Shown: in pieces, positions 10,563 through 19,858 of the stretch
How positions within the stretch are numbered: the stretch's first letter is position 1
How the letters are laid out: each line of letters begins with the position of its first letter
Origin: Candidatus Heimdallarchaeum aukensis
GTDB lineage: Archaea > Asgardarchaeota > Heimdallarchaeia > Heimdallarchaeales > Heimdallarchaeaceae
Length of the DNA stretch: 64,000 nucleotides
NCBI GenBank assembly: GCA_021513695.1
Contig: CP084166.1
Span: 1,504,001-1,568,000, forward strand
Direction: 5' to 3'
The notes under the pieces: generated by a model
Told to the model about the DNA's origin: nothing
The model's database searches: none
Seen by the model: the letters and a program-made list of their open reading frames with translations, nothing else
Program-made: the position numbers and the translations under genes

Positions 10563-12947
10563 ATGAGCGAAACAGATGTAAAGCAAAAAGAAGAAGTAGA
10601 AGAAGTAGAGGAAGTAGAGGAATCATTCACTAAATTTAGTGTTATACTTGGACGAGATCTAATCTTCTTAGATTGGACAGTAAATTTTGGTGGACAAATC
10701 TTAGGTTTAGTAGTTGGTTTATTATTAGGAGTAATTTTTGGAGCCAAGATGGGGACACTCTTTAACATAGATGTTCCTGTTGACATTAGTGCATATATTG
10801 CCCTACAAGTTGGAATACTTCTTAGTATCACTAGTTTAACAATTTATTATTTATCAAAGCTCGGCATTAAGGTTAACAGTCCAAAATCAATTGCAAGTAA
10901 GAAACTTCTTCTTCTAAAAACAATAATGTTTGCTTTTTCAGCTATCTTTGCTTTAAGCTATTTATTTAATAGTCATATTTTCCCATTTATATATGCAAAT
11001 TATAGCTCTATAAAACCCCCAGAACCAGGACAAACAGGAACTGGAGATGGAGGTGAAGGAAATACAGTAGATATTCCTACAACTAACCATTATATTGTTC
11101 TTATTGCATTGATCGTTCTTGTTGCAGCTTCATACGCTTTACTTTATGCAGGATTGTTTTACTCTTTTAACAAAAAAGCCAACACGATGACAGGAGTTGC
11201 AATAATGGTTAGCACTATAATGGCAGCACTTACATTACTAAGCCAAAATCAAAGCGTCCAAAAGCTAATTGATGGAGAAATAATGGCTTTTCTTACAGAT
11301 TTTGCATATTTCTTCTTAGTAGCTTTAATAGCCATTCTTTCATATCACATGTGTAGGAGAATAGAATTATCCTTAATTATAATGTATATAGGTTTCATTT
11401 TTGGTTTTGGTGCCCCTTCAAATGCTGTTTCACAGATCATCGCTTTAAAATGGGGTTTTCCAAACTTTTCTGATGGAATTAATTCTACTTCAGATGTTAT
11501 TACAAGGACTCTTGAACTTATAGAGTATGTAAGTTTATTTGGAATTGTTGTTTACCCACTTATTTTTTACAAGGATACAATATCAGCATTAAAAGAATTG
11601 AAGAAGATGTATAGATTACCTTTCCTATTAATTAAATTTTTAGGGTTAATAATAATCACACCATTTAAGATAATATTCAAACCAAAAATTTTAGTTCATT
11701 TTTATAATGGAGTTAAACAAATAGTAATTGATGAAGAAAAAAGAAATATCTCTTTCAAAAAATTAAAAACAAAATTAAGCGAGGAATTTAAGGCTATTAC
11801 TTCCTCAGAAGGTTTTTCTGTCACTTTGTTTGCTGCTGTGCTTATCTTAATTGAAGTGACAATACTCTTTTTAGCGAATCTACTGGGAATTTTCCTTTAT
11901 TTCATCGCTTTTCTCATTTTAATAGGTATTGTAAATAGTATTATTACTTCAAAATATGGAGCTGCAAGTTATACAGCAATGTTTTCTGCATTAACAGAAT
12001 CTTCTTTGAGTGTATCTCCTTTAGTTCCTGACATTAACGTACAAATTAAATTCTTAGAATATAAGAAAAAACAATTAGAAAAAACAAAAATTGCAGTTGG
12101 TACTTTAATTCCTGTATTTGCTTACTACATAATTGCTTACATTACTACAGCAATAACTAAAGATACGTCTCTATTGACAATACTTTTCTTAATGATTCTT
12201 GTTCCTATCAGTCTTGCTTTAGCTTCTTTTTCAATAAGCTTCTTCTATGTCAAAAAACCACTAATTAAAGAGATTTACACCTATCCACTTCGATTTTTCT
12301 ATTTTTTGGGATTGATAGTATACTTTTCGATTTCTGTTTATCGCTTAATATACAACCAAATTGGTCTTTTTCCAGCTTTTTCGCTTCTCTATCTTGTTTT
12401 AATCTATATCACTTTCTCAAAGAGATCTAAACTTTCTGAACTTATTTTATTTCTAGGAACAGAGAAAAGAGATAGAGCATTTAATGAACTTATAAGTAAA
12501 AAAAATCTCAATATTGATGTTTTATTGCAAAATTTAGATGATACACCATCATATCTCAGCTTTTGGATAAGTGCAATTCTAATTAAGAGAAACAAAAAAG
12601 AGGTTATTACTTACTTAAAAGATCTACTCAAACAAGACTATAAATATCAAAGAGTAATAGGAGCATTGTCTTTACTTTATTTAAACGAATATGATTATTT
12701 AGAAGAACTTGTTAATTTACTAGAAAACGACCCCGACCCCTACTTACGAGAAGCAATAGCTTACGGATTAAGATATTGCAAAGATATGAAAATAGATATT
12801 TACAAGAGAATTATTGACGCACAACATTACGAAGATAATTCAAAAGTTTTAGTAAGGCTCAAGGAAACAATCTCCATCTTAGATAGATACTTTGCAAACA
12901 AAGAACGAAAAGAAGAAGAAATGGAAGAACTCGTAGAAGTAATATAA
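10563..12947 (+). CDS. polytopic membrane protein (12 or more predicted TM) with acidic N-terminus and C-terminal HEAT/PBS-lyase-like repeats (794 aa)
   Basis: N-terminal EEVEEVEEVEE, a long series of hydrophobic helices, and C-terminal repeats of the E..VR..A..ALG type (DPDPYLREAIAYGLRY; YQRVIGALSLLY). Last gene of the operon. Confidence 0.55.
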   Translation: MSETDVKQKEEVEEVEEVEESFTKFSVILGRDLIFLDWTVNFGGQILGLVVGLLLGVIFGAKMGTLFNIDVPVDISAYIALQVGILLSITSLTIYYLSKLGIKVNSPKSIASKKLLLLKTIMFAFSAIFALSYLFNSHIFPFIYANYSSIKPPEPGQTGTGDGGEGNTVDIPTTNHYIVLIALIVLVAASYALLYAGLFYSFNKKANTMTGVAIMVSTIMAALTLLSQNQSVQKLIDGEIMAFLTDFAYFFLVALIAILSYHMCRRIELSLIIMYIGFIFGFGAPSNAVSQIIALKWGFPNFSDGINSTSDVITRTLELIEYVSLFGIVVYPLIFYKDTISALKELKKMYRLPFLLIKFLGLIIITPFKIIFKPKILVHFYNGVKQIVIDEEKRNISFKKLKTKLSEEFKAITSSEGFSVTLFAAVLILIEVTILFLANLLGIFLYFIAFLILIGIVNSIITSKYGAASYTAMFSALTESSLSVSPLVPDINVQIKFLEYKKKQLEKTKIAVGTLIPVFAYYIIAYITTAITKDTSLLTILFLMILVPISLALASFSISFFYVKKPLIKEIYTYPLRFFYFLGLIVYFSISVYRLIYNQIGLFPAFSLLYLVLIYITFSKRSKLSELILFLGTEKRDRAFNELISKKNLNIDVLLQNLDDTPSYLSFWISAILIKRNKKEVITYLKDLLKQDYKYQRVIGALSLLYLNEYDYLEELVNLLENDPDPYLREAIAYGLRYCKDMKIDIYKRIIDAQHYEDNSKVLVRLKETISILDRYFANKERKEEEMEELVEVI

Positions 12948-13024
12948 TAAAAAAATCTTATCTCGAATATCTATCTGATTACTGAGGCGAAAGATTTTAT
13001 AAATTAAATGTCTTTATTTTTTTT

Positions 13025-13891
13025 ATGAGTATTCGAATTGTAACAGATAGTGCGTCTGATATAGATAGAAACTTTGCTAAAGAAAAAAAAGTAGCTGTTG
13101 TTCCTTTATCTGTCACCTATAATACTGGTGAAACATTTAAAGAAGATGAGAATTTCGATTTTGACAAATATTACAATAATTATTCAGATCCAGATTTTTC
13201 GGTAACAACGTCACAACCTTCACCAAAGGATTTTCTTAACGTGTATGAACAGTTAAAAAAAGAAGGTGCAAAAGAAATTATTGTAATTACAATTAGTTCT
13301 GGTCTATCTGGAACTCTTAATAGTGCACAATTAGCAGCTAAAATGTTTCTGAAAATAGAAAAAGATATTGAAATTTATTTTGTAGACTCATTAAATGCTT
13401 CCATGCCAGAAACTTTTCTTGTAGAAGAGGGGCTAAAATTAATAGATAAGGGTCTTTCAGGTAAGGAAATAGCTGAAAAGCTGCAAAACTCTACAAATGA
13501 AATAACTACATTAATTTTATTACCTACACTTTATTATCTAAGAAAAGGAGGAAGAATAAGCGTTGCTAAATATCTCCTCGGAAGGTTGCTACAATTAAAA
13601 CCCATCACAATTGTAAACGAAGAAGGAAAGAATGAAGTCACAGCTACTGTTCGAGATTATGATGAGGGATTAGTAAAAATGATCGAGATAGCAACTCAAA
13701 ACTATACAAGAACACCCGTAGAAGTTGCAATAGTACACACAAATAGTATGGAACGTGCAACTAAACTACAAAATTTGATAAAAGAAAAACTTGGTGACAT
13801 AAAAATACGTATTGTTAGAAGTGGAGTAACTATTTCTGCTCATACAGGACCAAAATGTGTTTCGCTTATATCAAAATTCTTTGAATTTTAA
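13025..13891 (+). CDS. DegV family (fatty-acid-binding) protein
   Basis: N-terminal IRIVTDSASDI, the SGTLNSAQ region and a length of 288 aa are typical of DegV/DUF194. Confidence 0.75.
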   Translation: MSIRIVTDSASDIDRNFAKEKKVAVVPLSVTYNTGETFKEDENFDFDKYYNNYSDPDFSVTTSQPSPKDFLNVYEQLKKEGAKEIIVITISSGLSGTLNSAQLAAKMFLKIEKDIEIYFVDSLNASMPETFLVEEGLKLIDKGLSGKEIAEKLQNSTNEITTLILLPTLYYLRKGGRISVAKYLLGRLLQLKPITIVNEEGKNEVTATVRDYDEGLVKMIEIATQNYTRTPVEVAIVHTNSMERATKLQNLIKEKLGDIKIRIVRSGVTISAHTGPKCVSLISKFFEF

Positions 13892-13922
13892 TTTTACTTC
13901 TTTTTTTAAAAAAAGAAAAAAG

Positions 13923-14612
13923 TTATTTTAGAATAATTCTTGCATCTACAGGAAATATTCCATTAGAGTTTGCAATTAAAGGATTAATATCCATTTCTCC
14001 TATGTATTCTCTGTATTCCCATGCTAAGTTAGAAAGTTTAGACATAATTTCTGCAAGTTGTTCTCTATTAACTGGAGCTAATCCTCGAAAGCCATTAAGC
14101 AATTTTTGTGTTTTTATTTCGTCAATGGCTGATAATGCTTGTTCTTTAGAGCATGGGCACATTCTAAAAACAACATCCTTTAGAGCTTCTACAAAGATTC
14201 CACCTGGACCTACTAGTATTACTGGGCCAAATGTTTTATCGATTTGGCTTCCTATAATTAATTCAACTCCTTTTTCAACCATTTTTTCAACTAATATGCC
14301 TACAACTTCTCTCTCAGCAAAACGGTTCATATAATCGTTAAATGTTTTTTTTACTTCTTCTATTGTAGCAATACCAATTTTCACAGCTTGTTCATCAGTC
14401 TTATGCAAAACTTGTGGTGACATCACTTTCATTGCAACAGGCCCATTAAATTCGTTAAAGGCCATAATGGCTTCTTCTTCTGTTTTAACAAGTTTTGAAG
14501 GTGGTAAAGGTAAGTCTAACAATCTAAGAATTTCTTTTGCTTCATGTTCAAGTAGAGCTTTTCTATTTTCTGACTTAACTTTTTCAAATATTTCTTTAAT
14601 TTGTACGTTCAT
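13923..14612 (-). CDS. acetyl-CoA synthetase (ADP-forming) beta subunit, ATP-grasp domain
   Basis: ATP-grasp region LSEHEAKEIL...GPVAMKV.SP...HKTD.GGV. It sits directly downstream of the alpha subunit. Paralog of 37061-37753. Confidence 0.75.
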   Translation of the reverse strand: MNVQIKEIFEKVKSENRKALLEHEAKEILRLLDLPLPPSKLVKTEEEAIMAFNEFNGPVAMKVMSPQVLHKTDEQAVKIGIATIEEVKKTFNDYMNRFAEREVVGILVEKMVEKGVELIIGSQIDKTFGPVILVGPGGIFVEALKDVVFRMCPCSKEQALSAIDEIKTQKLLNGFRGLAPVNREQLAEIMSKLSNLAWEYREYIGEMDINPLIANSNGIFPVDARIILK

Positions 14613-14626
14613 CTTCCCATCTCCTT

Positions 14627-16048
14627 CTACAGATTTTTCCCTCTCTTCTTCAAGTAATTTGCATATTCAACAAGTCTTCCTACAGCTCTTATTGCACTCC
14701 CTGGGCTTTTAAAAACAGCAAAGTCTTCTTTTAGCAAAACATCATAAGCATAATCTGCTTCTTCTCCACCTATAAGCGCAGTTACGAAAGTTTTTTCTTT
14801 TCTGCTTGCTATCTTCCTTGTTATTTCTATATATTCATTAATGTCTAAGTTAGGGATACTTGGAATGCAGATATTAACAACTGCATCAACTTCAGGATCT
14901 TCATAGACTGCTTCCAAGGCTTTTTCATAATCCTTTGCATTTGCCGAACCAGTAATATCAATAGGATTAGTTGTAGAGTAATAGACTGGAAAGGTCTCAT
15001 CTAGTTTTTTCTGAATCTCTGGTGAAAATTTAGCTAGTTGTAACTTACAATCAGAAACCATGTCTGAAGCCATTACTCCTGCACCACCTCCATCCGTGAC
15101 AATAGCAACCCTATTTCCTTTCGGAAGAGGTTGGGTGGCAAATGAAATGACACAATCCTCCAACTCATCCCAAGTAATTACTCTTTGAAATCCTGCTTCT
15201 TTGAGGAGATCATCAACAATTGCGTCATCAGAAGATAATGCAGCAGTATGTGATGCGCCCGCTTTAGCACCTGCTTCTGTACGATTTGCTTTTATTCCAA
15301 GTACAGGTTTCTTTAAACTTACTTCTCTTAGAGTTTCCATGAATTTCCTGCCATTCTTGAAATCCTCAAGGTAAACAAGTATCATTTTTGTATCTTCATC
15401 ATCACCTAGATATTCAATGCAATCTGCTTCATTAATATCCGAAGCATTTCCATAAGAAATGAATCGAGCTATCCAATTTCCTGAACCCAGTCTAGCTAAC
15501 TGATCAATAAAAGCTGCACCAAAAGCTCCACTTTGCGTAAAAATTGATACATTTCCTGGTTTTGGTCTTTTTAGCTTGTTTACTGGTAAGAACATAGTAT
15601 CATATCCTAATACAGGAGAATATAACCCCAGACAATTAGGACCAATGATATTGATATTATAGGTTTTCATAATATCATTCATTCTATTCTGTATAGCAAC
15701 TCCTTCCTCGCCTATTTCGGCGAAACCCCCTGTAGTTACAATTACATTCTTTATGTTCTTTTTACCACATTCTTCCAGTGCTTGTGGAGCGAATTTTGCT
15801 GGAACAATAATAATTGCAGCATCAATTTCTTCTTCAATATCTAACACAGATTTGTATAATGTATATTCTTTACCTGCAAAAATGTGTGTTCCTCCACGAG
15901 GATTGACTAAAAATAATTTACCGGGAAAATCTTTAGCAAAATTCTCAGCAACAACTCCTCCTGGCTTCAGTAAATTTGTTGAAGCGCCAATTACACAGAA
16001 ACTTTTTGCATTAAAGAAATTAGCTATTCTATTGCTCATTCTTATCAT
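14627..16048 (-). CDS. acetyl-CoA synthetase (ADP-forming) alpha subunit, CoA-binding/succinyl-CoA-synthetase-like
   Basis: N-terminal FFNAKSFCVIGAS CoA-binding Rossmann fold, the NCLGLYSP motif, SGAFGAA and the His-containing GASHTAALS. Paralog of 37754-39187. Confidence 0.8.
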   Translation of the reverse strand: MIRMSNRIANFFNAKSFCVIGASTNLLKPGGVVAENFAKDFPGKLFLVNPRGGTHIFAGKEYTLYKSVLDIEEEIDAAIIIVPAKFAPQALEECGKKNIKNVIVTTGGFAEIGEEGVAIQNRMNDIMKTYNINIIGPNCLGLYSPVLGYDTMFLPVNKLKRPKPGNVSIFTQSGAFGAAFIDQLARLGSGNWIARFISYGNASDINEADCIEYLGDDEDTKMILVYLEDFKNGRKFMETLREVSLKKPVLGIKANRTEAGAKAGASHTAALSSDDAIVDDLLKEAGFQRVITWDELEDCVISFATQPLPKGNRVAIVTDGGGAGVMASDMVSDCKLQLAKFSPEIQKKLDETFPVYYSTTNPIDITGSANAKDYEKALEAVYEDPEVDAVVNICIPSIPNLDINEYIEITRKIASRKEKTFVTALIGGEEADYAYDVLLKEDFAVFKSPGSAIRAVGRLVEYANYLKKRGKNL

Positions 16049-16166
16049 TTTTCAGATTTTTAAACGGATTAAAAATTTTTGGAAAAATACCTTTTAAGAA
16101 ATATAATTAATTTCTAATAAAAATTAAATAGGAGAAATGAAATTATAAAAAAAGGAAGGGTTTACT

Positions 16167-16628
16167 TTGAGAAAAAGTAGAAGTCTATCAAACATCTTTG
16201 CAATAATCTTAGGGGTTGTTGCGATTGTGGGGATTGGATATTTAGGTTCTTATTTGAATATTGGATGGTTAGTACTAGTTGGGATATTTGTAGGTGCTGT
16301 TCTCATAGGTTTTTTTGCTTATGGTGATGATGGAGTAAAACTTGCAGTGATTTTTGGATTTATTTTAGTTGTACTTGGCATAATAACAGCAGTAGTTCTT
16401 TATTCTCAATTTGGACAGTTAACTGGAAGTGCAGACAACATCGCTGAAGCAATAGGTAATATTATAGGAGGAATATTAATATTGGTCTTAGCTATTTTTG
16501 CTATTATTGGGAGTATAGTGGTTGCAGTAATAATGGCCATTGGATCAGTAATTGGACGTGCGATTGGGAGATCTGTTTGGGACGAGAGAGAGCGTCAGAC
16601 AGTTAAATATGCTAAAACGGTGAAATAG
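16167..16628 (+). CDS. small Gly-rich integral membrane protein (4 TM)
   Basis: 153 aa, four hydrophobic helices rich in G/I/V. No assignable family. Confidence 0.45.
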   Translation: MRKSRSLSNIFAIILGVVAIVGIGYLGSYLNIGWLVLVGIFVGAVLIGFFAYGDDGVKLAVIFGFILVVLGIITAVVLYSQFGQLTGSADNIAEAIGNIIGGILILVLAIFAIIGSIVVAVIMAIGSVIGRAIGRSVWDERERQTVKYAKTVK

Positions 16629-16690
16629 TAAGAGCTTATAAACAGATATTCAGTAGAAATCTTTTTTACCCCATCTTTTTTGTTGAAATT

Positions 16691-17896
16691 ATGAACGGTA
16701 ATTTAGCAGAGTTACCTCTTTACTGGAAAGCACCATATCAAACTACTTTAATCACTGAAATTATAGATATAAAAGAAAACAATGTTGCACTCAAACAGAC
16801 TATTTTTTATCCAGGTGGAGGAGGTCAGCCCTGTGATGAAGGTATTTTAGAATTCAGAAATGGTGAAAGTTCCGAAGAATTCAGAATTATCTCAACTTAT
16901 AAAGAAGACGGAAAAATTTGGCACAAACTTGGTCACAAAGGTAATTCTTTGAGTCCAGGTCAACAAGTACTCCTTAAACTAGACTGGGAAAAGAGATATA
17001 GCTTGATGAGGGCTCATACTGCTCAACACCTTTTTTCACATTTTATAAAGAAGAAATTCGACTGCGAAACCTTAAAAGCTAATTTTGAACCATTTACCAT
17101 AGATATTGAAGTAGACAAAGAACTCAGTGCTGAAAATGTATTTGAGGTTCTTTCAGACGTTAATCTCGCAATTTCAAAAAATAGCAAAGTAAACAGTATT
17201 ATTATAAGCCAAGAAGAGTATCAACAAAAATACAGAAATAAGATTCGAGGAAAAGATTCAAAAGAAGATATAGTTCGATTGATAGAAATAGAAGAAATAG
17301 ACGATTTAGTTTGCTGTGGAGGAACACATGTAGATAATTTATTAGAGATACAAGGAATAATTTTACAAGAATTAAAGCATAATAAGATCAAGCTCTTAAT
17401 TGGTGAACACGGACTTTCCTATGCAAACAAACAGAGAGACTATGTTATTCAGCTTGAAAAGATTACAACAAAAAAGAATGATAAACTTATTAGTGTCATC
17501 AAAAACAGATTTGAAGATTATATTAGAGTAAACGATGCATTAGTTGAAACATTGTCCTTGATTTTTAAAAATATAAAACAAAGTACAGAAGCAGTTAAGA
17601 ACCTAAATTATACAAATCTTAAATTACAAAATGTAAATCGAGAAACAATCATAAATTCCATAAAAAGCATTCCTCCTGGAGTTTTCATCACCTTACTTGG
17701 ATATAATAATATTCTTTACTTCATCTCTACATCTGATGTTTCTTCTGCAGATGTTGTAAAAAAATTACAAGAAACTAATAACTATAAAGGCGGAGGAAAC
17801 CAGAAATTTGCTCAAATAAAATTAGAAGAAACTGAAAAAATCGAAGAAATAGAGAAAAAGATCAGGCAAATTGTTGAGAATTTACAGCCTAGCTAA
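16691..17896 (+). CDS. alaX: AlaX-type alanyl-tRNA editing protein (AlaRS/ThrRS second additional domain)
   Basis: Zinc-binding HxxxH (MRAHTAQHLFSH) and CxxxH (CCGGTHVDNL) motifs, with a C-terminal DHHA1-like extension. At 401 aa it is consistent with AlaX-L. Confidence 0.75.
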   Translation: MNGNLAELPLYWKAPYQTTLITEIIDIKENNVALKQTIFYPGGGGQPCDEGILEFRNGESSEEFRIISTYKEDGKIWHKLGHKGNSLSPGQQVLLKLDWEKRYSLMRAHTAQHLFSHFIKKKFDCETLKANFEPFTIDIEVDKELSAENVFEVLSDVNLAISKNSKVNSIIISQEEYQQKYRNKIRGKDSKEDIVRLIEIEEIDDLVCCGGTHVDNLLEIQGIILQELKHNKIKLLIGEHGLSYANKQRDYVIQLEKITTKKNDKLISVIKNRFEDYIRVNDALVETLSLIFKNIKQSTEAVKNLNYTNLKLQNVNRETIINSIKSIPPGVFITLLGYNNILYFISTSDVSSADVVKKLQETNNYKGGGNQKFAQIKLEETEKIEEIEKKIRQIVENLQPS

Positions 17897-18858
17897 AGCC
17901 AAGTATAAGTAACTGGTTTATATTTCTCGTTTTTTTGTATTTTCTTTTCATCAATTAATTTGTTGAGATGAGCTAGAATATTTAATTTAGGTGCTAAGAT
18001 TTGGTAATATCCATACCATATTATTCCTTGAGCAGTATTAACTCTCTCAGCAAGTTCTTCAGCAGTCAGGTATTTTTTCTCAGACATTGCCATTTCAATT
18101 TGTCTTTCATAGTCATTGAAAGATCTAAGTACATCTTCCACATAAGGTACTATATGTCTTCCTTCTTGGTATTGGTCATGAGAGGGACAAAGGTAATGTA
18201 TCGTGGCTTTCTGAAGAAATTCAACGTTTCTCAACCATTCTTTGTAAGAACCTGTTCGATCGATAAGGTAACTATGGGGGAGAGCAGGGTAAATATTTAA
18301 AGCATCTCCTGTAAACATCGCTTTATCTAGAGTAGAAAAATACATCGTGTGCCCTTCACAGTGTGAGTCAAAGTTTATTGTCATAATTTTAGTTGAACCA
18401 ACTTCAAACTTGTCTCCATCAGAGAATAGTATGTCTGGCTCAATTCTGCCTAGATCATCAAAAGGATCTTTCTTTATAGCAAAATATAGTTTCTCTTTTT
18501 TAGTAAAAGAGAAATTTTTCGCTCGTAAGACACTAGCTGGGTTTTTTGCTGTTTCCTCTAGTTTTTCGTTTAGGACAATTTGTGCCTTTGGAAAAAGTTT
18601 TTTTAATCTATACACACCACCAGCATTATCTGGATGAATATGTGTTAGAAAAATGTATTTTACTTTATCTGCACTTTTTCCTTTATCATGTATTGCTTGT
18701 TCGAAATAGTTTTCTATTGTCCCTTTTTTTCCGGTATCAATAATTGCGAATTCTTCATCACCAACAATATAGCCTCTATTTAATTCTCCTCCGGGACCGG
18801 CAGAGCCTTCAACAATAGTTAATCTATCATTGATATTACGTATTGCTTCCCCAAACAT
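17893..18858 (-). CDS. MBL-fold metallo-hydrolase
   Basis: HxHxDH motif LTHIHPDNAGG plus downstream His/Asp ligands. 4-nt overlap with alaX, convergent. Confidence 0.75.
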   Translation of the reverse strand: MFGEAIRNINDRLTIVEGSAGPGGELNRGYIVGDEEFAIIDTGKKGTIENYFEQAIHDKGKSADKVKYIFLTHIHPDNAGGVYRLKKLFPKAQIVLNEKLEETAKNPASVLRAKNFSFTKKEKLYFAIKKDPFDDLGRIEPDILFSDGDKFEVGSTKIMTINFDSHCEGHTMYFSTLDKAMFTGDALNIYPALPHSYLIDRTGSYKEWLRNVEFLQKATIHYLCPSHDQYQEGRHIVPYVEDVLRSFNDYERQIEMAMSEKKYLTAEELAERVNTAQGIIWYGYYQILAPKLNILAHLNKLIDEKKIQKNEKYKPVTYTWL

Positions 18859-18874
18859 TTTCTTTCTCCACTCA

Positions 18875-19699
18875 TTATTTTGCTTCGGCTAATATTGCTG
18901 CAACAGCATTACTTACTTTTTTCATTTTATTTAATTCTCCAGAAACACGTTTCTTTTCATTTTCATATTCTGTTTCTGACATTTCTCCAGTCTGGAATTT
19001 AACATAAAGCACTTCCAATTCTTTCTGAAGAGCTTTCAATTTTCTACTAACTGCATCGAATGTTTTTCTCATTTTCGCTAGTTCAATATTAAGTTTTACT
19101 GTAAGATTTTCAATATTTTTCTTATACTTTGTTTCCATTTCAGCGATTGTTGAAGCACTTATTGCTTTGTCACCTTTTAATGACTTTAGCTTCTTTAGTT
19201 TTATTCGTTCATTATTTCGATCTTCAATGATTTCTTCAATTGGCAATATACCTTCAAAATTTTCAAATTCTTTTTCAAGTTCAGTTACTTCTTCTACTTC
19301 TTGCTTTAGTTTTTTTATCTTTGGTAAAGCTTCTTCTTTTGGAATGAGTTTATTTGTTACTCTATCTAGAAGAATATTTATTTCATTGTCTAGTTCTTTT
19401 TTCTTTTTTAGGAGCTCATTATATCTTTCTCTTGATAATATCACATCTGCAATTCTTTCAACGAGTTCATCATCTGTTAATTCTTTCTTTTCTTCTTTTT
19501 CTTCCACTTTTTCCTCTTCTTCTACAGGTTTAATTGGTTCATAAATTACTCCTGTAGGGCTTTCAGGATCTTCAATAGCAATTTCTTCTTTAATTGGATC
19601 AACTTGTGCTAAATCATGTTCTAATCTTGCTCCACATCGTCTGCAAAAATTCCATGATTGCTTTACTGGACTATGACAGTAAGGACATTCTGATGACAT
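18875..19699 (-). CDS. zinc-ribbon protein with long coiled-coil domain
   Basis: N-terminal CPYCHSPV...CRRCGARL (C4 zinc ribbon), an acidic linker and heptad-repeat coiled coil. Confidence 0.5.
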   Translation of the reverse strand: MSSECPYCHSPVKQSWNFCRRCGARLEHDLAQVDPIKEEIAIEDPESPTGVIYEPIKPVEEEEKVEEKEEKKELTDDELVERIADVILSRERYNELLKKKKELDNEINILLDRVTNKLIPKEEALPKIKKLKQEVEEVTELEKEFENFEGILPIEEIIEDRNNERIKLKKLKSLKGDKAISASTIAEMETKYKKNIENLTVKLNIELAKMRKTFDAVSRKLKALQKELEVLYVKFQTGEMSETEYENEKKRVSGELNKMKKVSNAVAAILAEAK

Positions 19700-19858
19700 T
19701 TCTTGGACACCTTTTTTAATCTGTTAATATATGAAACTTCAATTAATAAAAATATATTCTTTTCCTAATGGAAGTAAAAATATAAAAATTATTTAAAATT
19801 TAGTGTTTCTATAAGCTAAACTGCTTTTAATTAAAGAAATAGCAAAAAATGAAAAAAA

